A DNA stretch of 64,000 nt from Acidobacteriota bacterium (GTDB lineage: Bacteria; Acidobacteriota; UBA6911; RPQK01; CBDDCF01). Under the pieces are notes generated by a model. The model searched no databases and was not told the origin of the DNA. It saw nothing but the letters and a program-made list of their open reading frames with translations. The position numbers and the translations under genes were made by a program. Location of the stretch: the NCBI GenBank assembly GCA_965225995.1, contig CBDDCF010000028.1, positions 144,983 through 208,982 of the forward strand, given 5' to 3'. Positions 18,812-26,817 of this stretch are shown piece by piece. Every line of letters begins with the position of its first letter. Position 1 is the first letter of the stretch.

Positions 18812-20308
18812 ATGGTCAATGTACTGAAAATGGAGAAGAAACAAACGGTTGTGGCGCTATTGAAGCTGGGCTGGTCGTATCGGCGGATCGAGCGAGAAAC
18901 AGGAGTTCGTCGAGAGACTGTAGCCCGACATGATCCGTCCCGAGATTCAAAACCGGCCAAAGTGGCCCCCGGCTCGGGTGAGCAGAAGCGGCCAAAGCGG
19001 CCCCCGGGTCGGCGCAGCTCGTGTGAGCCTTTTCGGGAGGAAATCCAGAAGAAGCTTGAGCTGGGGTTGCATGCCAAGCGGATCTGGCAAGACCTGGTTT
19101 TGGAGCATGGCTTCGATGGAGCGTATAACTCCGTCAAACGGTTTTGCAGAAAGCTCAAAGCCGAGAGTCCACGAGTCTTCGCTCGGGTGGAAACTCCACC
19201 CGGTCGGGACATGCAGGTGGACTTTGGCAAAGCAGCTCTGACACAAACCGAATCGGGCCGGTACCGTCGCCCCCACCTGTTCAAGGCAGTGCTGTGTTAT
19301 TCCCGCCACTCGTATGAGGAGGTCGTCTGGCGGCAGGATCTGGAGACCTTCGTCCGTTGTGTCGAGAATGCCTTCCACTGGTTTGGTGGCTCGGTAGACG
19401 TGGTTCGCTTGGATAACCTGAAGGCCGGAGTCACGCGAGCCTGCTTTGTCGATCCCGAGATCAACGCCGTTTTCAGTGCGCTGGGCCGTCACTATAGTTT
19501 TGCCATCATTCCCATCCATCCTGGCTCTCCAAATGAGAATGGAAAAGTCGAAAGGACGATCGGATATACAAAGTCCAGTGCCCTGAAGGGCAGACGGTTC
19601 GAGAGTCTGGCCGAGCAGAATGAGCATCTACGGAACTGGAACGAGCGGGTCGCCCGACAGCGCATCCACGGCACCACCAAACAGCAGGTCTGGCCCCGAT
19701 TCCTGGAGGAACAGAAGGGTCTTCGACCTCTACCCGACTCCCGCTTCAGTTTCTTCCGTACCGGCCGTCGCACGGTCTCCGTGGATGGCCACATCGAAGT
19801 CGATCGAGCCTTCTACTCGGTACCCAATCATCTGCTTGGCTGTGAAGTGGCTGTGCACTGGGATGACCGGATCGTCCGAGTCTTTTTCCGAGAGCAGCAA
19901 GTCGTCCTGCATCCCAAGCGGAAACCCGGCCAGTTCCAGACCGAACCCACACATCTTCCGGAACGCAAACGCTACGCTCATTATCGAACTGAGAGTCAGC
20001 TGCTCGGGCAAGCCCGCAGGATTGGCTCTGATGCTCACCGCTGGGCAGTGCGAGCCCTGGAGGTGCGCGACGTGTTGGCCTACCGGCTCCTGAGAGGCAT
20101 GATCTCTTTGACCCGACGCTACCCGGCCACGGTCGTCAATGAAGCCTGTGCCAAGGCTCTCTCTCACGATGCCTTCCGCTATCGGACCCTGGTGGCTTTA
20201 TGCAAGCGACTAGACGTGCCGCAACGCTCTCTATTCACCTCCGACCACGAGTTGATTCGGCCGCTGTCTGAGTACCAACTCACTCCCCGCTCAGGAGACC
20301 CGGAATGA
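18812..20308 (+). CDS. istA: IS21-family transposase IstA
   Basis: 498 aa with an N-terminal HTH and a DDE integrase core. It is translationally coupled to istB by a 4-bp overlap. Confidence 0.9.
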   Translation: MVNVLKMEKKQTVVALLKLGWSYRRIERETGVRRETVARHDPSRDSKPAKVAPGSGEQKRPKRPPGRRSSCEPFREEIQKKLELGLHAKRIWQDLVLEHGFDGAYNSVKRFCRKLKAESPRVFARVETPPGRDMQVDFGKAALTQTESGRYRRPHLFKAVLCYSRHSYEEVVWRQDLETFVRCVENAFHWFGGSVDVVRLDNLKAGVTRACFVDPEINAVFSALGRHYSFAIIPIHPGSPNENGKVERTIGYTKSSALKGRRFESLAEQNEHLRNWNERVARQRIHGTTKQQVWPRFLEEQKGLRPLPDSRFSFFRTGRRTVSVDGHIEVDRAFYSVPNHLLGCEVAVHWDDRIVRVFFREQQVVLHPKRKPGQFQTEPTHLPERKRYAHYRTESQLLGQARRIGSDAHRWAVRALEVRDVLAYRLLRGMISLTRRYPATVVNEACAKALSHDAFRYRTLVALCKRLDVPQRSLFTSDHELIRPLSEYQLTPRSGDPE

Positions 20309-21078
20309 TCTCATTGGAAATGGAACGGAAACTTCGCCACCTCAGGCTCTCGGGCCTGGCCCAGGTCTTTGACGTACGGCTGCAACAAGCCATCCAGGGC
20401 CGTCTCTCTCATCAGGAGTTCTTTGAGCTGCTCATCGACGACGAACTCACCCGCCGGCGCGACCGTTTGCTGGAGCGATGTCTCCGCCAGGCCCAGTTCC
20501 CGGAACGCAAACTCTTGGAGGACTTCAGGTTCTCTTTCAACACCTCGATCAATCGGCAGCAGATCTTTGATCTGGCCACTTGCCGATTCATCGAACAGTG
20601 TCGCGGCTGGTTGGTCATCGGTCAGGCGGGAGTCGGCAAAACACATCTGATCATCACGGTGGCAATCAAGGCTGTGGAAGCGGGTCACCGGGTACAGTAC
20701 AAGTCGGCTTTCGATCTGCTCGAGGACATCGCTGAAGCCACTGCCACCGGGATGCGCCGACCCTACATTGCAGAGATGACCCGGATCCCGCTGCTGATCA
20801 TCGAGGATCTGGGACTTCGGAAAGTGCCCGACTCGGCGGCTGAAGATCTGCTGGAGATCCTGCATCGCCGCTACCAGAAGACCTCGACCATTATCAGTTC
20901 GAACCGACCACTCGAGGACTGGGGAGCGATGCTGGGAGGAGACACGGCGGCCACCTCTGCGCTGCTGGATCGTTTTCTACACGTTTCGGAGGTGACCTTC
21001 ATTCGAGGCAAGAGCTATCGCCTCTACGAACGTCAGCAACGGGAGAAGTCGACCAAGAAGCGAGGAGAAAAGAAATGA
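20305..21078 (+). CDS. istB: IS21-family helper ATPase IstB
   Basis: Walker A motif GQAGVGKTHL; AAA+ IstB family. Confidence 0.9.
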   Translation: MISLEMERKLRHLRLSGLAQVFDVRLQQAIQGRLSHQEFFELLIDDELTRRRDRLLERCLRQAQFPERKLLEDFRFSFNTSINRQQIFDLATCRFIEQCRGWLVIGQAGVGKTHLIITVAIKAVEAGHRVQYKSAFDLLEDIAEATATGMRRPYIAEMTRIPLLIIEDLGLRKVPDSAAEDLLEILHRRYQKTSTIISSNRPLEDWGAMLGGDTAATSALLDRFLHVSEVTFIRGKSYRLYERQQREKSTKKRGEKK

Positions 21079-21554
21079 TCCGGAACCGGAAAGCCGTGGA
21101 AACTGCCGGGCTGTCTACAGCAACATTCTGGACTTTCTTGTGCGAGTTCCCGACAACCTCACAATATCGCGTTACTCGATGCGCCAGTCTACAATTAGGT
21201 TGAACTTCTCATCGTGTTCGTCATGATCAGGAGCATGACCGCCACTTCCCGACGACAACGTTGCTACGACCACCGTCTCAAAGAACTCGTCCGAATAACT
21301 GGAGATCTCTCCCCGGCCCTTGAATTAGTTTTTGCGGACCACGCCCGTGCTGGAGCGCATTTTGGAACACATGAGTTTGTCTGGTTTTTCGTGGTATGCG
21401 AACCTCCGGCTTTGTATGTGACTGCTACGGAATTCTCACTGATTCAGGCATGCCACGCGTGGTGTTCAAAACTCAACCGAATCGCAACTGATTGAATTAA
21501 CTCTCCCACGCGCCCAACAACTTGAACATCCCGGTAGAATTGTCAAGCGTTTTT

Positions 21555-22745
21555 TCATGAGCGGATCTCGTAGTCGCGGTCCTCGGTGAGCATTTTCCAT
21601 AACACTCGAACCAGATGACGGGCCAGGGATCGGATAGCTTGGTTGTATCTTTTGCCTTCGGCTCTCTTCTTGGAGTAGTAGGTCTGTGACTGGGGAACCT
21701 CGCGCAGGTGCCGGGCCACAGCCGCCATCATGGCCTGGCGAGTTCGCTGGTTCACATGACGGGTGCGTCGAGCTCCCTCCGTCTGGGAGGAGGAGTTGTC
21801 CAAAGTGGCCATCCCCAGGTACATGGCCAGGCTCGCCTCGCCGGCGAAGCGCTCCAGTGTGCCGATCTCGCCTGCCAACTCTGCGCTGGAAATGATTCCG
21901 AAGCCAGGGATACTTCTGATCCTCTGAGCCATTGCGGAGCGCTGAGTCAGGTCCTCAATGGCATTATTCAACTGGGCGATCTGCTCGAGCAATTCCAGCA
22001 TGCGTCGGGCATCGTGGAGGATCATCTCCCCCACCCATTCGACTTCTGCGGAAAAGTGAGCCTCTTTCTGCCAGCTTTGGATGATGTCAGCATAAAAGGA
22101 ACCGATCCGTTTGATCTGCAATACACTGTGGCGGCGTAGCCGGCTGAGTTGTCGCAGGTCCTTTCGGGCCGTTAGGAAATTTAAAAACCAGCGGTTGTCG
22201 ACCGACCCGGTCAAGGCGCTCAACTCAGGACAGATCGCTTGCAGGTCGGCCAAGAGGCGATTTCCCAGACTTACCTTCTCATCCACCAGCTGCCTGCGCC
22301 TGCGCGTCAATCGTTTCAGTTGTTGGTTTTCTGCCGGAACCGGCTTGACCTCCTGGATCACGTTCTTGGCCCGCTTCAAAGTGTCGCCTAGCTGAAACAA
22401 TTCCAGCATTTTATCGGTGTCAATCTGATCGGTCTTGGCCGGAGCTGGAAAGATCTCTTTGAAGCGAGCCAGTTTCAGGTTGTTGACATTCAACAACTTG
22501 TAGCCGCGTTGCTGAATCTGCTGATCCAAGGGCCGGGCCCAGCCGTTGTAGCCTTCCATGGCCACTTCAACGGGCCGCTCCAAACGCTGGCGGTGGAGCT
22601 CCACGCGGCCAAAGAAATACTCGAAACCTTTCTGGTTGTGGGCAATACTGAACCCTTCCAGAACCTGGCCTTCCGACAAGCCAACTCCCACCCGGTGGCT
22701 CTTGCTGCCCACATCAATCGCCACTCGAATCGTTGGCTTTGTCAT
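21555..22745 (-). CDS. IS110-family transposase/recombinase (DEDD RuvC-like N-terminal domain plus a Transposase_20 C-terminal domain)
   Basis: IRVAIDVGSKSHRV..., AMEGYNGWARPL, and a C-terminal IPGFGIISSAELAGEIG...LGMATLDNSSSQ region. Confidence 0.9.
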   Translation of the reverse strand: MTKPTIRVAIDVGSKSHRVGVGLSEGQVLEGFSIAHNQKGFEYFFGRVELHRQRLERPVEVAMEGYNGWARPLDQQIQQRGYKLLNVNNLKLARFKEIFPAPAKTDQIDTDKMLELFQLGDTLKRAKNVIQEVKPVPAENQQLKRLTRRRRQLVDEKVSLGNRLLADLQAICPELSALTGSVDNRWFLNFLTARKDLRQLSRLRRHSVLQIKRIGSFYADIIQSWQKEAHFSAEVEWVGEMILHDARRMLELLEQIAQLNNAIEDLTQRSAMAQRIRSIPGFGIISSAELAGEIGTLERFAGEASLAMYLGMATLDNSSSQTEGARRTRHVNQRTRQAMMAAVARHLREVPQSQTYYSKKRAEGKRYNQAIRSLARHLVRVLWKMLTEDRDYEIRS

Positions 22746-23003
22746 TTGCCTCCCTTCCTATTTGCTCTTGAAAAATTCGGGCTCATCCAAAACAACACGT
22801 CTACCATTGAAGCCACTTCGGCACCATCCCGGAAGCAATCTTTGGATGAGGAAAAAGGAGGGAACGAGGCGGCAGTTCAAGTTGAGTCACTCCTCACGGA
22901 CTGACAGAGCAAGCCACACCTCATTCCCCGACTCCAGCTTAGTTGTTTTCCAAAGCGGAGCCAATCTTCATGTGGCCTGACACCCAATCCAACCATCCAA
23001 ACT
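22746..23003 (-). ncRNA. Candidate bridge-RNA-encoding non-coding end of the IS110-family element (upstream of the recombinase)
   Basis: 258-bp non-coding region with a perfect 10-bp long-range stem (ctcatccaaa 22777-22786 / tttggatgag 22836-22845) and further local hairpins. IS110/IS621-type elements encode their guide RNA in such a non-coding end. The 440-bp downstream end (21109-21554) is an alternative location. Confidence 0.25.
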
Positions 23004-23160
23004 GTGGAAACCGCCGCGCTGTGCAAAGCTAAGAGAAACCGACATGGCAGCAACTGACCCCCTCGCTCAGGAGTTTTCCCCCTCTTCACACAGCGCTTGG
23101 AAAACGGCTCGCGGGGCTCGCTCGTTTCCCACCGTTCCCACAGTTTCTGCTGCTGGATAT
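23004..23160 (+). repeat. Remnant of the IS21 copy-1 right arm (homologous to 29102-29245 of copy 2) lacking the terminal IR
   Basis: Shared blocks cgctRtg... and cacagcgcttggaaaacggctcgcggNgctcgctcgtttcccac...agtt. Copy 2's terminal IR (ggccggttttga...gtggcccccgaca) is absent here. Confidence 0.45.
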
Positions 23161-23399
23161 ATACTCTCTGAAAATTCCTTTTCTCTCGGAATGCTATGGT
23201 AGACAGTACCCTTGGCGCGCCTCGGCCTTTCTACGGGTCAGTGTTCCGCCAGGCCACGACTGCTTCTTCGTCGAACCAGAAGGTCAGCCGACCCCGGCCG
23301 ATCAGCTTTATTGTAGGCTGGCCAATTGCTGAACTCCATACCGGAAGGCGTGTTCATTCGGCGTGATTCCTCATCGCTGGCACCCTGACGGGTCAGAGA

Positions 23400-23560
23400 C
23401 AAGCCCACACGCCCGAAGCGATTTATTCAGCGCCGCGCTTTTCCTTTTTCAATTTTCGTTTTTCCTTTGGATTGAGCTTCGACTTTTTTTGTTGTTCCCT
23501 TTTTCCTTTGTCTTTTTTCCCCTGATCGCCCATTTCTATTTCTCCTTGCTTGAAAATGAC
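23400..23560. repeat. Polypyrimidine (T/C-rich) low-complexity tract in an otherwise GC-rich context
   Basis: ttttcctttttcaattttcgtttttcctttgg...ctttttttgttgttccctttttcctttgtcttttttcccc. It produces the Lys-rich tail of the dubious ORF 23427..23822(-). Confidence 0.5.
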
Positions 23561-23830
23561 TTGCGCCGGACCGTGGCGGCGAAGCTTTGTCTCCGATCGT
23601 ACACGTTAGCAGATGGAGTTCCCCCGGTGTTGGAATTTTGGGTTGGCCAAGCGAGTGGTTTCCGATCAGCTCGGAACCGAAGAGATAATTCACAAGTCTT
23701 ACCAAAGAGGGCTCCACTGCGGCGACGGCGGTTTGCATGTCTCTAGAGAGGCTGAAGGTAAGCCAGAAGACCGACGTACCGATATGTGGGCAATTTGGGC
23801 AGTGGTTCTGGGAGGTGCTCACGGGCAGTC

Positions 23831-25008
23831 TAGTGCACTGTCCGATAAGTTCCCGATGTTAATATTGGCCGAGCGATTCGCGGGCATTTTGGGCCTTTGC
23901 CAGGATTGAGTCAGCAGTGGCGCGCCACTTGAAGGGCTTGGCCAAGCGTTGATTGTGAACCCGAATATATCTTTTGATTTCCTGTCTCAACTCTTGGACG
24001 CTGCTGAAAGAGTTTCTGTAGATCGAACGGCGCTCCAGCTGTGAGAACCAGCTTTCGACGGCATTGAGCCAGGAGGCGCTAGTGGGCGTAAAGTGGAGGT
24101 GGTATCGGGGCCGCTGGGCCAGCCAGCTTTGAACCTGCTTGGTCTTATGAGTGCTCGAGTTGTCCAGGATTAAGTGGACATCCAGTTCGGGCTCGACCGC
24201 TTGATCAATCTGGCGGAGAAAAGCCAGGAACTCCTTGGCTCGGTGCCTATTGGTGATGCGGCCCATGACCTCACCTGTCACCACATCGAATGCGGCATAC
24301 AGACTGGCTGTACCGTGGCGCTTGTAATCGTGTGTCCGGCGTTGGATCTGTCCAGGTCTGAGCTGGAGCATCGGCTGAGTTCTATCCAGAGCCTGGATCT
24401 CAGTTTTCTCGTCCACGGATAGAACCAGCGCATTGTCGGGCGGATCCATATACAGCCCCACCACATCGATTACCTTTTCGGCGAAGTGAGGATCGTTGCT
24501 GATTTTAAAGTTACGGACTCGATGCAGCTTCAGGTCGGCTGCCTTCCAGATCTGGGCGACTTGATGCTTGCTCACTCCGGAGTGTTCGGCCATCAGTCGC
24601 ACACTCCAGTAGGTCGATTCCCGTGGGATGCGTTCAACGGTGGCTTTGAGAATAGCTCGCACATTGGCATGCGATAGCTTCCGCGGACGGCCCGATCGAG
24701 GTCGATCCTCCAGTCCTGACACTCCCTGCTCAAGATAGCGCCTGCGCCACATTTGCACACTCAGTAGCCGCTTGGAGAGCCTTTCCGCAACTTCAGTCGC
24801 CGTCAGCCCCTGGCCGCAAGCCAGAATTATTTGAGCCCGTTCGGCCAAGACTCGATCGGTCTTGGAAGCCCGCAACCAGGACTCCAGTATTCTTCGATCT
24901 TGTTCGGGTAGCTTTAGTCGAATGTGGGGTCTTGCCATGCCCAACAATAGCAAACTACCCCGACAATTAACATCGGAAACTTTCCGGACAGTACACTAGC
25001 TCTTCAAG
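23831..25008 (-). mobile_element. IS630-family element, copy A (about 1178 bp), with TA at both ends and 30+ bp TIRs
   Basis: TIRs TAgtgcactgtccgataagttcccgatgttaat ... attaacatcggaaactttccggacagtacacTA. Near-identical to copies B and C. Confidence 0.85.
23859..24953 (-). CDS. IS630-family DDE transposase
   Basis: 364 aa with N-terminal HTHs and a DDE triad region (LSVDEKTEIQ, ILDNSSTHK, WLNAVE). Confidence 0.9.
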   Translation of the reverse strand: MLLLGMARPHIRLKLPEQDRRILESWLRASKTDRVLAERAQIILACGQGLTATEVAERLSKRLLSVQMWRRRYLEQGVSGLEDRPRSGRPRKLSHANVRAILKATVERIPRESTYWSVRLMAEHSGVSKHQVAQIWKAADLKLHRVRNFKISNDPHFAEKVIDVVGLYMDPPDNALVLSVDEKTEIQALDRTQPMLQLRPGQIQRRTHDYKRHGTASLYAAFDVVTGEVMGRITNRHRAKEFLAFLRQIDQAVEPELDVHLILDNSSTHKTKQVQSWLAQRPRYHLHFTPTSASWLNAVESWFSQLERRSIYRNSFSSVQELRQEIKRYIRVHNQRLAKPFKWRATADSILAKAQNARESLGQY

Positions 25009-25301
25009 GAGAAGGCATCTCGGACATCTGTCTCACCCAATCCATCCGCTCGCTTCTGAGGCGTGTTCTGACCCGAAATCAAATACTGAATAAGAGAAAG
25101 GGACACGGCCTTGCTTTTCCAAGCTCAACCACTAGCTCAATCGGCGCGCGCCTCTCGAGCCGATCTTGCCGACTTAAGGACAGATCTCCGAGGCGACGGG
25201 CGAACTACTTTCGGGCAAGTTCGAGATGCGAACGGCGAAGTGCGAATGCTCATTGAGATTTAGTGCTTGGAGCTTGGGAATTACCAAGCCGAAGGATTGG
25301 T

Positions 25302-25350
25302 TGCGGGGGGGGGGATTTGAACCCCCGACCTTTGGGTTATGAGCCCACTA
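25302..25350 (-). tRNA. 3' fragment of a tRNA-Met-like gene (CAT anticodon arm, T-arm and acceptor 3' strand). No 5' half is present, so it looks like an att-site remnant
   Basis: The minus strand reads ...tgggCTCATAAcccaaaggtcGGGGGTTCAAATCCCCCccccgca. The 5' acceptor strand and D-arm are absent upstream. A G10 homopolymer lies adjacent on the plus strand (25306-25315). Confidence 0.5.
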
Positions 25351-25435
25351 TCGTGATGGCTTGTCTTTTCTATTCAATGACTTACAGTGACCTTGTTTCC
25401 TGGTTTTTCGTGGTATTCGGGAATTTTTGTGGTAA

Positions 25436-25732
25436 ATCTGTGGTAATTCCCTTCCCCAAGCAGCTTCTAGAAGTTCCGGCCTACCATCCGCTTCCGAGTT
25501 CTCACGCTATCCCTCCATTTCACTTGGCGATCGACTCAGGAAGCACCGCATTGAAAATGGTTATAAGCAGGTTGATCTGGCCAAGTTGCTGGGAGTTCAT
25601 GAGATGACCATAGTGAATTGGGAGACTGGAAAGACGAAGCCTTCAGGTAGGCTGGTCGGGCGGGTCACCAGATTCTTGAAGGGTCAGATCAAGACGCGAC
25701 GGGTGTATGGCAGAGAATCGCGGGCGTCTTGA
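25436..25732 (+). pseudogene. XRE-family (Cro/C1-type) HTH gene remnant without an in-frame start codon
   Basis: Frame-2 translation gives ...RLRKHRIENGYKQVDLAKLLGVHEMTIVNWETGKTKPSGRL... (classic HTH_XRE). No ATG/GTG/TTG lies upstream of the HTH in frame. It is followed by a hairpin (caagacgcg...cgcgtcttg) at 25681-25726. Confidence 0.45.
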
Positions 25733-25815
25733 TCTGGGGATTCTCAATTAGATTCTCTGGAGTCGGATTATCGCGGGCACCTAGGTGAAGGCAATGTCAG
25801 TCTGTTCTTCACCAG

Positions 25816-26764
25816 TCACCGAAGGATATTCAGATTGAAAGCGTCAGCGATGATTTCAGGAAATGGCATCTTTCCCAGCCTGATCCAATCGAGCGCAAAG
25901 AATAGGCAGCAGAAAGCCGCACCGAATGCGACCTGGTCAACCCTCTCGACTGCGATCGACCTTGTATGGGACTGGTTGAAGAAAGTGGGCTGGGTCTCTC
26001 CATTTCTGTCAGCACAGGGAAGAACAACGACTCCCTCACCCGCAACTATCAAGTCCGGGAAGAGATGGATCGCAATGTCTGGAAAAGCCAGCTCTCTCAA
26101 GAGATCACTTACTGCGTCCGGTTGAAGCGCGCTACCGTCTTTCGTCTGCTTAACATACCTAGCCAAAATCACTCCATAGACTGGATTCCTAATCTCGTGT
26201 AGAGGAAGCGGAGAATCGGGAGACCGTTGAAGTCCATCACTCACGTAGGGATCGGGGCTGAGTATCTGTCTTGGCTTTCGCTTGCCAACAAGTTCCTTTA
26301 CTTTGGCAACTTGCCTGCACGCCTTTTCCAAGCTTGACTCGCCTGTGCACCCAGCGCCAAGCTGTGCTTGGATTCGATGTAGGCGAAGACTGCTTCAATA
26401 GGTGTGTTCTCTTTTCGTGAGTAGTCATCATTCGGTGTAAGGCGAAGGGTTGGAAACCGGTCCTGTGCAAAAATGATGTGTCGTCGCCAGCCTTGTTTCC
26501 ATCGGCATCAACTACGAAGCCCCTACAGATACCATACTTCTGGGGCAAAGCTTCTCGGAGGATATGACAAATGGCAATTTCAAACTCGGGCCCGTAATCG
26601 AATCCGTACTCAGCTTGAATCTGATCCAACTTCACGCAAAGCGTCGAGACAGGGTGGTCACATAGTCGTTGTACAGATGCTTCTTCGCCCTCACTGACCG
26701 TCTCCTGCTCTAAATCGCCGGCTGTCAGGGGCCACCCAAAAGCGGCCAGTGAGGGCCACTTCAA
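25816..26764 (-). pseudogene. Hypothetical gene disrupted by a frameshift (two ORFs overlap at 26237-26331) and truncated at its 5' end by IS21 copy 2
   Basis: ORFs 25816..26331 and 26237..26764 are in different frames. The N-terminus of the latter (MKWPSLAAFGWPLTAGD) is translated from the IS21 left IR. No family was recognised. Confidence 0.35.
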
Positions 26765-26817
26765 AACCGGCCATTTTCAGGAGCCATTGAGAGCTGCATC
26801 CCTCGTAGGATGCGCCG

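Larger units (their letters stand above)
18727..21108 (+). mobile_element. IS21-family element, copy 1. The left end is intact (TGTCAGGGGCCACC...) and the right arm is interrupted by an IS110-family element with no terminal right IR recovered
   Basis: About 99.6% identical to copy 2 over istA/istB. The left IR is tgtcaggggccacccaaaagcggccagtgagggccac. Sequence homologous to copy 2's right arm resumes at 23004-23160 and then diverges. Confidence 0.85.
21109..23003 (-). mobile_element. IS110-family element nested in the right arm of IS21 copy 1. It is flanked by the 13-bp direct repeat gtggaaac(t/c)gccg at 21096-21108 and 23004-23016
   Basis: The repeat and the following bases (ggctgt / cgctgt) match the continuous copy-2 sequence gtggaaactgccgcgctatgg, so the insertion point is defined to within the repeat. 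The element has no terminal inverted repeats, as expected for IS110. Confidence 0.7.

Noticed and set aside
18697-19627. Antisense ORFs inside IS21 (18697..19284, 18947..19627 and their copy-2 twins)
   Set aside because: They are shadow ORFs on the strand opposite istA with no independent support.
21214-21495. 93-aa ORF in the downstream non-coding end of the IS110 element
   Set aside because: It has no motif support and lies in a probable structured-RNA region of the element.
25302-25376. Complete tRNA-Met gene
   Set aside because: The 5' acceptor strand and D-arm are not present upstream. Only the 3' roughly 48 nt fit a tRNA.
25263-25607. 114-aa plus-strand ORF spanning the tRNA fragment and G10 run
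   Set aside because: It reads through the tRNA remnant and homopolymer. The true HTH frame is different and lacks a start.
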